Assembly: GCA_033119305.1 (NCBI GenBank)
Contig: VSWD01000002.1
Coordinates: 9,402,974 to 9,466,973, forward strand
DNA length: 64,000 nucleotides
Source: Pinctada imbricata
Lineage: Eukaryota
Reading direction: 5' to 3'
Part shown: in pieces, positions 11,386-23,662 of the stretch
Layout of the letters: every line of letters begins with the position of its first letter
How positions within the stretch are numbered: the stretch's first letter is position 1
Notes under the pieces: model-generated
What the model was told of the DNA's origin: nothing
Database searches by the model: none
What the model saw: only the letters and a program-made list of their open reading frames with translations
Made by a program: the position numbers and the translations under genes

Positions 11386-14300
11386 GTTCTGTGAAAGAAA
11401 GATTTGTCATAAATAAGTATTTCCCCCCTGACTTCTCAGCAGCCTACTTTGATCCCAAAGCCCGAGGTATGAGAGGCAAGGCAGTCAGACATAGGAAATG
11501 TAGCTATTCACCCACAGCAGGCCTATCTACTGACTTTACTGAATCTGGGGTCATACCCAACCTTAAGGAAGATGTCCCGGTCTCATCAGAAGGTTTCCAT
11601 GGAAACGACATTGACCTCATATCCCTGGAGTATCAATCAGAGTCTTTTGTACCTGACGAATCAGCCTTTATGGAGTATCAATCAGAACCTTTTATAAATG
11701 ACAAATCAGTATTTAGTCCAGGAAGGGTTGATGTATTTGGACAGTCTTCTGAGTTTAAGCCAACATCACCTGCTTATAGTCCAGTCTCTCCTTTTTACAG
11801 TCCAACATCACCAGCCTATAGTCCAACATCACCAGCCTATATTCAACCTTTTACATCCTCTAGTTTGACATCAAAAGTTAGTTCAATATCAAATGCATTT
11901 GCACCAAGGGCTCAGTCAATGTGGAAGAATCCAAACGGAGAACCAATTCCTGGAGATGGAGATAGTGACAAATCTCCCAAGAGAAAAAAGAAGAAATTCC
12001 CTCCAGATGGAAGAAAAGATTCACCGTCAAGTTATGCCAGAAAGTCTGCACCTGTTGCTGATAGTATACTCGAAATGTATGGAGACCTTAACAGTTCTAG
12101 TGATCTCAGCAATACAGAGATAGAGGTGGTCTCTGAAGAACCACCGTGGGTAAAAACTGCCGCGGCAAAAGATGAAGAATTCAAGAAAGATATCAGACAA
12201 GAGGATGTGATGCTTCATAGTGATAAGAGATTGTGGTCTGAAACTGAGGAGGGACGTATGAAGAGATTGCGTTCTGAACTTGAGGAGGAATATAGAAAGA
12301 GATTGTGTTCTGAAACTGATGAGGGATATAGAATGTTAATAAGTATGAGGGAAGGAAAAGGAGGGAAAGGTCTGGAAAAAGGGGGAGCAATGCGAGAACT
12401 GAAAACAGAGGACTGTTGTTATCATATTCAGGCGGAGAAAAAGAAACAGAAAAAGGGAGGAAAACAGTTAGCTACAAAAGCAGCTAGGAAATCAGCTCCA
12501 GCCTCAGGTGGAGTCTTTGGAGGCAGTAGTGACAGTGGCAGCAGTGACAGTGACAGCAGCGACAAAGATTCTTCAAAGGATGGTAAATTGACGGGAAAAG
12601 TAGAGAGGAAAGTACTTGCAACAAAAGCAGCTAGAAAAGCGGCTCCAGGAGCAGGAGGGGTCCATACAAGCAGTAGTGACAGTAGTGACAGTGAAAGCAG
12701 CGACAAAGATTCTTCAAAGGATGTTAAATTGACGGGAAAAATAGAGAGGAAAGTACTTGCAACAAAAGCAGCTAGAAAAGCGGCTCCAGGAGCAGGAGGG
12801 GTCCATACAAGCAGTAGTGATAGTAGTGACAGTGAAAGCAGCGACAAAGATTCTTCAAAGGATGGTAAATTGACGGGAAAAGTAGAGAGGAAAGTACTTG
12901 CAACAAAAGCAGCTAGAAAAGCGGCTCCAGGAGCAGGAGGGGTCCATACAAGCAGTAGTGACAGTAGTGACAGTGAAAGCAGCGACAAAGATTCTTCAAA
13001 GGATGTTAAATTGACGGGAAAAGTAGAGAGGAAAGTACTTGCAACAAAAGCAGCTAGAAAAGCGGCTCCAGGAGCAGGAGGGGTCCATACAAGCAGTAGT
13101 GACAGTAGTGACAGTGAAAGCAGCGACAAAGATTCTTCAAAGGATGTTAAATTGACGGGAAAAGTAGGGAGGAAAGTACTTGCAACAAAAGCAGCTAGAA
13201 AAGCGGCTCCAGGAGCAGGAGGGGTCCATACAAGCAGTAGTGACAGTAGTGACAGTGAAAGCAGCGACAAAGATTCTTCAAAGGATGTTAAATTGACAGG
13301 AAAAGTAGGGAGGAAAGTACTTGCAACAAAAGCAGCTAGAAAAGCGGCTCCAGGAGCAGGAGGGGTCCATACAAGCAGTAGTGACAGTAGTGACAGTGAC
13401 AGCAGTGACGACAGTGACTGGGTTAGTAGTTACGGTTTATTGGAAGAAAATCGAGTTCAGCACCAAGGGGTTGGGCCTCAGGGAAAATGGGATGGAAAAG
13501 GAGGGGGAATTAGGATTGAAACAGAAGAAGACAGAAAATCTGCTCAAGCCCCTGATAAGGATTCAGCTGGTAGCAGCAACATGAGCATCAGTTGTAGTAG
13601 TGATGGGAGTGAAGGTGTAGAAAAGGAAATATCATCTCAGCCTCGGAGTGGTCTAGGCTGGAGCTCCTCAGGGAAAGGTGCAGAAAAGCAAATATCATCT
13701 CAGCCTCCGGGGGGTTTGGGCTGGAGCTCTGAAGGGAAAGGTGCTGAAAATGAAGTGGCAGCTCTGACTGATGCTAACGGAGTAATGTTTAACAGTCTTG
13801 GAGTTATTGATGGTACTTCAAATGTAAAAGGTGTGTTTTCAGGGATGGGTTGGGAGGCAGATGATAGAGGGTCAGGAAGTGTAGTGATGGGAAGGAAAGG
13901 GTGGGTAGCAAGAGGAGGATGGTCTGGAGGTAGAGGGGCCCAAATATGGGGAGGGGTAAGAGGAAGGGGAAGAGGAAGAGGAAGGGCTGTTAGGCACAGG
14001 GGTATGGGTAGAGGAAGGGGCACCGGAAGGAGAGGAGGAAATACAAAAGGAACAATAGCTGCAAAGACGTCATCCCTTGTGGAGTATAGGGATTCAGGAT
14101 CAGAGCGAGAAGAAGAACGGGATGAGGATCAAAGGAAGATAGAGGATCTAGGGCGATCTGAAAAAAGATCAAGAGAGAGAGATAGAAGAAGAGAGAGATC
14201 TAGGTCTAGAGAAAGAAGAAGTGGGAGATTAAGATCCAGGAGTTTCAGTCCCTGTGTGATTAGTGCAGGATGGAGTGGATCTTCTCATCAAAGGTCACTA

Positions 14301-15165
14301 CGTAGGTCAAGAAGTCGATCTTCTCCTACCAGGAAAAGAGTTCACTCAAGATCTTTGTCAAGAAGTAGGTCTAGAAGAGATAGAGACCAATTTAAGTCAA
14401 GGTCAAAGTCAAGAAGTAGATCAATAAGGAGGATGGGCTACTCTAGATCCAGGACAAGAAGTAGGTCAAGAAGGAGGACGAGCTACTCCAGATCCAGGTC
14501 AAGAAGTAGGATGGATTACTCAAGATCTAGGACAAGAAGTAGGTCAAGAAGGAGGATGGATTACTCCAGATTTAGGACAAGAAATAGGTCAAGAAGGAGG
14601 AAGGACTACTCCAGATCTAGGACAAGAAGTAGGTCAAGAGGGAGGGACTACTCCAGATCTAGGACAAGAAGGAAGGACTACTCCAGATCTAGTACAAGAA
14701 GTAGGTCAAGAAGGAAGGACTACTCCAGATCTAGGACAAGAAGTAGGTCAAGGAAGAGGGACTACTTTAGATCTAGGACTAGAAGTATGTCAAGAAGGAA
14801 GGACTACTCCAGATCTATGACAAGAAGTAGGTCGAGAAGAATAGACTACTCCAGACCTAGGACAAGAAGTAGGTCAAGACGTCACTATGATAGAAAGACA
14901 AGACAACATAATAGATCCAGACCAAGAAGGTGGTCCAGGACTGTCAGCCCATACAGACAAAAAGACAGACGTAACCTCAGACACAGACATTCTGAATACA
15001 GAACAAAAAGTCCCGAATATGGACGCAGATCCAGAAGTCCAAAATATAGACCAAGGTCAAGAAGTCCAGATTACAGACCACGGCCAGTGAGCTCTGAGTA
15101 TGGACCTGCCTTGAGAAGTGATATGTATGGAGGCTTGATTACTGGAATGTCAAGGACATGTAAAG
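11386..15165 (+). CDS. Gene 1, large 3.78 kb coding exon. It encodes a low-complexity protein with CTD-like heptads, a K/E-rich segment, seven 47-aa repeats, a Gly-rich segment and a long RS/'DYSRSRTRSRSRR' domain. It looks like an SR-related nuclear protein; family not recognised
   Basis: 1,260-codon open frame in an AT-rich genome; polypyrimidine tract and acceptor TTTTCTTTTACAG|GTTCTG at 11385; donor AAAG|GTATGT at 15166; coding periodicity is maintained through the repeats. Confidence 0.8.
12440..13430 (+). repeat. Seven near-identical 141-bp in-frame tandem repeats inside the gene 1 exon (KVERKVLATKAARKAAPGAGGVHTSSSDSSDSESSDKDSSKDVKLTG)
   Basis: Direct reading; units differ by 0-3 nt. 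Confidence 0.9.
14440..14890 (+). repeat. About ten 45-bp in-frame repeats encoding (M/K)DYSRSRTRSRSRRR (the RS-domain core)
   Basis: Direct reading of the ORF translation and DNA. Confidence 0.85.
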
Positions 15166-15242
15166 GTATGTTGAGGAAAAATGAAGAGTATCAATTAATT
15201 TAAAAAAAAAAAAGAAATTGAAGACCAAGTAAGTATTGGATA

Positions 15243-15345
15243 TACGCCGAAAACAATTCATTCTTAAAGATATTGGACAGTTTGAGGCCCGCAGGGCCGA
15301 AAACTGTCCAATATCTTTAAGAATGAATTGTTTGAGGCGTAAACC
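15243..15345. repeat. Near-perfect 100-bp palindrome (hairpin arms of about 40 bp around CGCAGG)
   Basis: AAAACAATTCATTCTTAAAGATATTGGACAGTTTGAGGCC / GGCCGAAAACTGTCCAATATCTTTAAGAATGAATTGTTT. Confidence 0.7.
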
Positions 15346-16159
15346 GTACTTAAAACATTGATCACTATTCAAAGTGGCATGACCTTTGACTTTGTTCTTA
15401 TTATGTTAATTGCCTTTACTGTAATGAAATGTAATCACTTCAGGTTCTAACATTCTCGCTACTAGCAGTAGGGAGGCGTTTATATAAGAAGATAACGAAG
15501 ATGAAATTTTTAATTTAAAAAAAAGTTGTGACAAATTATGACGCAGATTCCGTAAACCAAGACGAAATTTGATGCAATTTTTGGGAAAAAACCAACGAGA
15601 ATACTTTGCGTGATGACGATTTAGTTGAAGCTTCTTTGGATATATAGAATAAAAGGGCGTGTCTCTAAAAATTTCCTTTTCCGGACAAGCAAGAAATAAT
15701 ATGGTGCCTTTAAATATCGAAAAGAAATCAGTGGGGACGATCAACTTACTATGTGCAAGGTTAAATGAAAGAAACAATTCAGGAAGATATTTTGAAGGGG
15801 TCTAGTTCGAAAAACCAGACCTAAACCGAGGGGGGGGGGGGGCTGGGGGACTGGGTCAAAATAACCGTCAAAGGCTGGATTTAGGTAGGTTTTTTCGGAC
15901 TAGAAAAGTCGAGCAAAAATCTTAAATATACAGCAAAATTATAAAGATGGGGAAAAAATAGACCGAAGAAGAAAACGGGCTGAACTATAGTGTCTCTTAC
16001 ATTGTCATTTCCGACACAACGGCCGATTTTTTTTTAGATATATAAGATTGTGCTGGATTTTGTCAACTCCGAAAAATATAGCAAAAGATTTGAAAACATG
16101 GAATTCTTGTCGCGTGAGTTCTAAATAAGGATTGTTACGGTTGTCCTGTAGATGTCAAA

Positions 16160-16255
16160 GTAAATTTACCTGTGACTGTCCAATATTCAATCTAGGTCGC
16201 GTATATTTTTTCTAATAAACGCGACCTAGATTTGATATTGGACAGTCAAAGATAA
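16160..16255. repeat. Second palindrome sharing the GATATTGGACAGT core (arms GACTGTCCAATATTCAATCTAGGTCGCG / CGCGACCTAGATTTGATATTGGACAGTC)
   Basis: Direct reading. Confidence 0.7.
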
Positions 16256-17009
16256 ATTTCGGACTGTTCGAACAAAGGCATGACGTCACATCAATGTTTT
16301 AAATGTAAAGATGAAACATGTTCATTATGGTTAACTTTTGTCAAGATGAAGTATTAAGTTCCAGTGTCGAGGTTAAAAATTGAAAACATTCATGAGGGGG
16401 TGGACAGGATGAAAGGGAGGAGGGAGAAGGGATATTTGTGCCCCTCTTCTTTGTGACTGTCCCCTCTTCCCTCCCCATTCATGCATGGTACAGTAAACTT
16501 TTGATTTATAATTGTGATATTGGAGTTACTCTGGCTGTTTCTTTGGAACATCATGGTAAAATTGATTATGGATCGTTCTCTGAGTATTGCATGTTATATA
16601 ATATTGTCTAGCTTACCTGGTCTCACTCCCATATTGGGAGTTCGCTTCTTTTCATATGGTGGAGGTTTTTGTTTGTTTGCTTTGGTTCCTGTTTTATCCT
16701 GATTTTGTATGCCTTCGGTTTCTGATTTTCTGATTTATCAATTTTTGTATACAGGGATATGGTCTTTATCCATATTTATCATTATTGATATAAAAGATGA
16801 ATCTATTTTTAATGTTATGGATAAAATGAATGGTTCCGAGCCATTATATTGATATGAATCTTTTTTCTCAATATTGTATTGGATATATCTATCTGTGCTT
16901 ATTGTAATCAAAGATATTTAAATATAGTAGAAAATATGTCTTAAAAAATTTTTGTATGATATGATTCAATGTAGACTTCCATAGTACATGTATATGATGT
17001 ATACTACAG

Positions 17010-17077
17010 GTATATGGGAAGGTATTGTGACCAAGCACCTCACTGTTCATATAGACAAACTACCCTCACCTGTAAAT
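17010..17077 (+). CDS. Gene 1, candidate 68-bp exon (..G IWEGIVTKHLTVHIDKLPSPVN)
   Basis: Acceptor TACTACAG|GT at 17009; donor AAT|GTAAGT at 17078; its phase (needs 1 base from upstream) matches the end phase of exon 11386-15165. Confidence 0.45.
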
Positions 17078-17371
17078 GTAAGTATATGCGGAATTACATG
17101 TCCTAAGCTATTAATTTCTTTTGCAAATTGGACGTATCGCACCTTCTTTTTTATGCTGTTTGATCAACGATAGAAGGCATTTTGTAATTTTTCTGTCAAA
17201 AATTTTAACCATGCATGTAACTTTTGTATAGTTTGGTTATAAGGCTTTCATATTTCTCATGCATATTCCTTTTGGCAAATTTAAATAGACGTCTTTTCGG
17301 TATCAAGCTGTGACCTTATGACCCTTACCATGCTAGGAGTTTGACTTTGCCTACTCACAATAGAAATTTTA

Positions 17372-17530
17372 AACGTGGAAATTTTCGCATGACGGTAAAT
17401 TTTGCATTTTTTGCAAATATAGGGATTTTGTGAAAATTTCCCCCACGTGAAAATATCCCCTTTGAATTCTTACAATGGGAAAGACATTTTTATCGCAAAT
17501 ATTTCCCCTACACGAAAAGTCTTAATGTAA
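17372..17530. mobile_element. MITE-like dispersed repeat (AAACGTGG family), copy 2, in a gene 1 intron
   Basis: Alignment by eye with 2035-2135 and 19358-19545. Confidence 0.4.
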
Positions 17531-18488
17531 TAATCGAATAAATATATTTGAAATCATGATAAACATTTAGTTTTGTTGCCCTTTCATTAGCTCTTTTATT
17601 ATCACAATCTGTCTGTATATAGCTCTTTGTGGTAATAGTGCCAAGAGCTAATGCCTTACCCCTGGAATTAAAGTTTATTAATTTTATAATAGCAAATTAA
17701 CATTTCTGGAAACTGAACAAGAATGCTAGATTTCACCACTATGATATGATAAATATGGAAAGGAGCAGGTTCAGTTCCATGGAAAATCTGCCCTAATTTT
17801 AGAATGTTTTGGATTTCGAATGTATTTCGTTTTAAGGAAGTTAAATGTGTGGTTATTAGAAATACCAAATAAATATTTTAATTTATGCCAATACACTGAA
17901 AGATACGGCTTCAAAATCGGCTTAAAATCGTAAATTGCTGAAAAATCGTAAGAAATTGGCATAATTCTGGCCAAGCTTAATGAGAAAAGTAGGGCGCCAT
18001 GCATTCCTCACCCAAAATAATTTTCACATAAATAGTTAAATTTGCAATTTATCTTTCGATCTACATAAAATTTATTTTGGGTAAGGGTTAGCACCTATAA
18101 TAAATTTAAAGATAAATGTTAAAAATATGGCAATTTTCCTTCATTTTCCGTCATGCAGAGCAAATGACGTCAAAATATGACGTCATAACTCATGCACGTG
18201 ACGTTTTGAAAACGAAAAATATTTATTTTCTATTTTGGCAGGTATTTGAGATAAATATAAAAGATTATGAATCATAATTTTCATAAAATTATTTTTCGCA
18301 AAAATTTAGGGCCGATTTTGGGTGTTTGTGAACCTACCCCTTTATGGAGAATCTAGTGATTAAAGCTGATGATGTCTTTGTAATGTGTACCTGACTCAGT
18401 TACTGGAAAAAAAAATGAATGAAAATATAAATAAATAATATGGAAAATTGAAGATTGAGATTTATGGAGATTTTGTGTTATGTCACAG

Positions 18489-18588
18489 AATGAGCACTGG
18501 GAACTTACAGATGACATGATGTCATGTATAGGCGTGTCTGTGGAGAAAGTCAAAAACATACTAAGTGGACAGGGACTCAACTCACTAG
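18489..18588 (+). CDS. Gene 1, candidate 100-bp exon (NEHWELTDDMMSCIGVSVEKVKNILSGQGLNSL + 1 base)
   Basis: Acceptor TGTCACAG|AAT at 18488; donor TAG|GTTTGT at 18589; phase 0 start matches the phase 0 end of the previous exon. Confidence 0.45.
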
Positions 18589-18952
18589 GTTTGTCCTTAA
18601 TATCTATTCTGGACAGTTATAATTAATAAATGTAGTATAATTAATCAGTAATGTGTCAGCTTATAGTAATTAGGATCAATATATGTTAGAAATGTCCAAC
18701 AGTAAAGAAAAATAAAGATAAAACTTGTTTTCATTAAGGATTTTGGTGTCGAATTCTTCATTAAGGTGGCACAGCTGTATTTCAGTTATTTTTGGGTCCA
18801 TTAATTTCTTGTCAAATAATATCAAAACCATGCTTTTGAGAATTTCAAGTTCTGTAAATAAAAATGTGTAAACATTTTTATGAGAAAAATTCATTCTGAG
18901 GTTAAAGCAAATTGTTAACCTCACTTATAATTACGCTTATTTCCTATTGTAG

Positions 18953-19281
18953 GAGCATCAACAGAACAACTTGTGTACAGAATAATTGCCACCTTACTGG
19001 TTTGTGTTCATCAGTTCCGATATGCGTTACACCGAGACTGCCTGATGTTATCCCCCCTTGATACCCTTTATCATCAGGACATTACGATTAAATGTTCCGA
19101 GGACACTATGAAAGTATACCTGACGGAAACTTGGTGTGTGGAGTACCGTTTTCCAACCTCTGCATTTGATTGGCTGATGAGGATGAAACGTGATTGGTCG
19201 TATTTGATTAGCCATTTGGAAATTGCTAGAAGTCAGAAGGCGTTGTCTTTAGACTTACTCAAAGAGTTTCTTCAAAACTAA
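18953..19281 (+). CDS. Gene 1, terminal coding exon (G ASTEQLVYRIIATLL...DWLMRMKRDWSYLISHLEIARSQKALSLDLLKEFLQN*)
   Basis: Acceptor CCTATTGTAG|GAG at 18952; the 1-base carry-over from exon 18489-18588 restores the frame of ORF 18973..19281; stop at 19279-81. Confidence 0.5.
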
Positions 19282-19357
19282 TATTCAAAAACTCTCAATC
19301 AGCATGGACCATTAGTAGACAGTCAAAAATCTGATAACTTTTCTTCTTCACCACTGT

Positions 19358-19545
19358 AAACGTGGAAATATTCTCACACTGGGGTAAATTTTCGCGCTTT
19401 TTGCGTTTGTTTTATTGTCGCAAAAATAACCATCGCGTGAAAATTTCTCCCCGTATAAAAGACTCAAAGGAGTATTCCCAATTTTGTCAAAATTACCCGA
19501 ACGCTTACTGTTTCAACGGTCATTTCGCGAAAATTCGGCAAATAT
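19358..19545. mobile_element. MITE-like dispersed repeat (AAACGTGG family), copy 3, about 80 bp after the gene 1 stop codon
   Basis: GTAAACGTGGAAATATTCTC...GGGGTAAATTTTCGCG...CGCGTGAAAATTTCTCCCC. Confidence 0.4.
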
Positions 19546-20936
19546 AACCAAGTGTACAATAATTTTAAAAACTTAACCATCTGTGAATTTAACCATCTGT
19601 GAACTTATCCATCTGTGAACTTAACCATTTGTGAATTTTCACCACAGTTTATGCAATGAGAATGAAGAAACTCTCAAGTATGATAATGATAATTAATCCC
19701 GGTACAGTTAGCAGTTTATTGCAAAAATCAACTTTCAGTCCAAGAGAACACTGAAAGCAGTGGCATTACTAAAAATAATTATATAACTTGAATTTGAGTT
19801 ATCTTTCTTCGAAATTTATCTCTTTATATCATTATAAGCAGTAAAACTATTTGGATTGTCAGTTCGCTCTTATACCAGTGGATTCGGGGAGAAATGAGGG
19901 TGATTAGGAGTTGTATCTCATTCAAATGTACTGAAAAATTGTTTAAAACATCAGGAAATGTTTTTATCAGCATATTTTGAAGAAACTGTCATATAATAAA
20001 GAAGAAAAACTGAAAAATAGGTTCCAAATATACATATTATTTTCACTTTTCAGTATAAAAATTTCTTCGTATTTAATGAATTTGTTGTTGAGTGAAAGAA
20101 TTGTGTGATAAAAGCTGAGCTTGTAGCTCTAAAACGTTGCTTTGTCTAAATTACAGAAAGATGTAATATAAGATGGCAACAACACTGTTTTCAATAATAT
20201 CGGGGATTATTGTTAGCAGTAATATTACAGTTCTAAGTTAATTATATTACTATTTCTAGTATTTTCCTGGACTGTTGTTGATGGCACGTTTTAAATGAAT
20301 GTTTTGCAGCACCTCAAAAATGAAAAGCATTATTTTAGTATTTTGAAATTTATACCTTTGTCATTATCACTCAGATTTGTTTGATTATTTTATATTGATC
20401 TAATATAGACAAAAGATGTAGTGTTAATGTTTCCTTCTGTGATAATGAAAGAAAAGACATTTTAAAATTTATGCATCATGTTTATACCCCCGCCATATAA
20501 TGGTGGGGGTATATAGTGATTATGTATGGATGGCTGAGGTATTATCTTTTAAGTTGTATTAATTGATTTTGTTGTATTAATGAAAATTCTTTCATATTAA
20601 CCACATGATTGTAAAATGTGAAGCTGTTATTGTTTCCTTATAATTTTTTAAAGTATTTTACCATTGTCCTGACTTATATACTGTATAATTGAATTTCATT
20701 TGTTGTTACATGGATTTAAAAAAGCTATTGACTTTACTTCTTTTCTACCATATATACATGTATGTAGTTGTAGATTTAAACTACACATATTTACAATTTT
20801 TATGTAACTGAACTGTGATATTACTTTTGAGACACTCTTTTTCCTGAGCTGTGTACATTTTGAAACATTTTATTTATAAATTATAGACAAATTAAAAAAT
20901 GATAAAAGATGAATTTCGAAGATTTTATGACAAAAG

Positions 20937-21290
20937 TTAAGTGTATGTGAGCATAAGAATCAGGCAGGGGGGGATACATACAAAATTTTGCACAACTTTT
21001 TATTTCTGTTCTGAGACATATATGGGGTACAAATAAACATAAGAAATTAGAATTATTTCTCAATGTAGCAGTGGTGAAGCAAGATATTCACCTCATAATT
21101 TATAAAGGATAATGAAAGGAAAAATGGGGGGAAAATTTATATAATTCAACCAAATTTAGTGCCTTTATAACTTTTTTCACCATCCAAGTATGTAGAAAAT
21201 TCCTTCAGGACATATGTTTGGGGGGTGATCTGAGCACATTTCCAAAGAGAAAAGTTTTGCAAAAATTTGAAGGTATTTCACCCTGCCTGA
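20937..21290. mobile_element. About 350-bp MITE, copy 2, with 14-bp TIRs AGAATCAGGCAGGG / CCCTGCCTGATTCT
   Basis: TIRs read directly; the body is near-identical to 10566-10900. Confidence 0.6.
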
Positions 21291-21659
21291 TTCTGAGTCC
21301 TGGACTTAAAGCGATACATAGCTGTCGAGTTAGCTTAGGCGTTCACATCTCCACCTTTGTCCATGTCTGGTTACTAAGTTTTGGATAGCTTTGACGCTAC
21401 ACTAACCAAACTCGCACAAGTGACCCTATCTTGGGATGCTGAGATGAACCCCTGCATCAGATCCTGCATCTGCGGCCTGCCTCATAAAAATACAAACAAT
21501 TTTAGGAATTTTTGTAATTTTTGAATGCCTAATTCTTCTTATAAACTACAAATTGCGATGTTTTGTTTCCGAATTTAAATATTTAGAAAATACAATATAA
21601 TCTAAATTGAAAAACATTTTAAGCTTTTATTTGACTGATGAAAGTTACAAAAATTCCTG

Positions 21660-22200
21660 AAATTTTTCTTGAGAATTTTTATGAAACTGGGCATTGACCT
21701 ACATTTTCCACTGGAGTGACGCTGTTTAAAATTTGTGTGTAGCTGGATATTGGACATAGTCTTACAGCCACAGTTATCAACCTCATAGCAGGCAATTATC
21801 TTAGGATGCTAATTAACATTCACCCATGTATTGGATGCTGCATCTGACCCAATTTTTTCTCCTCTTGATACCGAACTGGCATGTTTAACTTAATTTAAAC
21901 TGCCATGAATTGACCTTGACCTACTTTTTCTGCTGGATTATTTTGCTTTAAATCCAATAATCAGCTAATGAATGGTACTTGTAGCAAATTTACATATTAG
22001 ATGCATCTTTGGTCAAAGTTGCATGATTTGACCTTGACCTACTTTTTCTGCCAGAGTGTTTGATATTAAGTAAAAATTTTGAAAAAATGAAATGATAGCC
22101 ATATACCAAATTTGTGAATTTCAAATAAAAATATGAAAAACAAAGAAAAAAATTGTAAATTAGATGCATCGTTTGTTAAAGTGATATTATTTGTTTCTCC
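21660..22200. repeat. Tandem array of about 165 bp (ATTGACCTTGACCTACTTTTTCTGC...), about 3 units
   Basis: Direct reading. Confidence 0.5.
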
Positions 22201-22839
22201 TTTGAAAGATTTTGCATATTATGTGGAATTTTTAAGATGTATAATTTAGTTTAACAAAACCCTCGAAGGACTACCATCATCTATTGCACTGCATACTTTG
22301 AAAAATGCTTTTAAAATTGAATTTTGCTGCCACAAGGTGAGTTATGTAATCTCTGATTATCTATACTTATTAACTCTCTGTGTTGTTGCTGCAAGGTACC
22401 GTCATGAAAGCACTAAATAGGCATACAATTTTCATTAAAATCAAAGTTAATGAGAGTTGATAAAATTAAGAAAAATTGCTAAATTTTTCCGGTTTTTAAT
22501 GAAAATTATGAACTGCAAAAACAACGTATCATAGCTAGGAGAGCAATCAGATTTTAACAAAAGATGTAAATATAGACGGTGTTCTAGATAGAAAATAGCC
22601 AAATTGGAGGAATTCTGCTTTAAATACAAAAATTTCTAATTTGTTTTACCAGACATGCCTTTTTGGATTATGAGTGAACTTCAGTTTACTGACTATAAAT
22701 GTAAAAGTGAATGACTAGACTTGCATCTGAAGATGGGCTGGAGACCGTGGCGTAGCTACCATGTATATCTTATAAGCCAAAGCACCCACATTTTTTTGCC
22801 AGTTTGCAAAGCAAAATCCTGTATATATAGTTAAGTATA

Positions 22840-23600
22840 TATATAGTTAAGTCTGTCCGTCAGTGTGTCAAGATCTTGGTCATACTGTTGCATATAACTC
22901 AAATTTAAAGAAAACTGTTTGGGGCAGCAACTTGAAGCTATGTGATGAGATGAATCAAAAACCTGCAATCAAATTTCGACCTTGACCTTAATCTTACTGC
23001 AGAATTTGTGGTTTAGCTAATAGGGAGAAAACTAAGAGGAGAACGGACAAGTAACTTAAAATGACGACAAGACCTTGAGTTCTGACCTATAGTCACCTTG
23101 ACCTTGAAAATTTCGACCTACTTTTCAAAAACATTAACCATTGACATGTCTTCAACATTAAGGGGAAGGGATTTTATATTTCAGATGCAAATTTCTTGTG
23201 ATAAGACCTTTCATTTAAGACCTTGACTTTTGATCTTGAAGTTCGACTCCCTTTCCAAAAACATTGGCATTGGCTATATCTTTTGAACCGTAATGGGTAC
23301 AAATTCCGCATTTCACTAGTAGATGCCTAACAACAAGACCTTTTGATGAAATCTTGACTTTTGATCTAGTGGCCTTGACCCTTTAGTTTGGTTCACTTGT
23401 CAAAAACTTGAAACTTGAATTTATCTCTCGAGTGGTATTGGCTTTCATATTTCATTGTGACAAGACCTTTCATTTGCGATTGTGACCTTCACCTTGAACT
23501 TTGACTTATAATGTTTCAAATAAATTAAAATTGGCTATATCTCTTGAACTTCAAGGGATGGGACTTTTTGTATTCCTTTTGACAATACCTTATAAGTATT
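22840..23600. mobile_element. Pearl-like element: AGTCTGTCCGTCAGTGTGTCAAG leader followed by about 4 tandem repeats of about 170 bp rich in GACCTTGAC
   Basis: Leader matches the GTCTGTCTGTCCGTCACAC leader at 60245 and GTCCGTCTGTCCGTCTGTCAAAC at 2190. Confidence 0.45.
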
Positions 23601-23630
23601 ATATATAAACGTAGACGATAGTGCATATTT

Positions 23631-23662
23631 GAGAGAGAGAGAGAGAGAGAGATTGCTCTTGT
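23631..23662. repeat. (GA)n microsatellite
   Basis: Direct reading. Confidence 0.95.

Noticed and set aside
12428-13270. 280-aa ORF on the minus strand
   Set aside because: Antisense of the 141-bp coding repeats of gene 1; open only because the repeat lacks stops in that frame.
19281-19560. Polyadenylation signal for gene 1
   Set aside because: No AATAAA or ATTAAA within 250 bp of the stop; the region is occupied by a MITE copy, so the 3' end is not called.
22745-22765. tRNA-like GTGGCGTAGCT motif (also at 48233)
   Set aside because: Only an 11-mer resemblance to a tRNA acceptor/D-arm; no cloverleaf could be drawn; it is probably part of the pearl-like element's 5' region.
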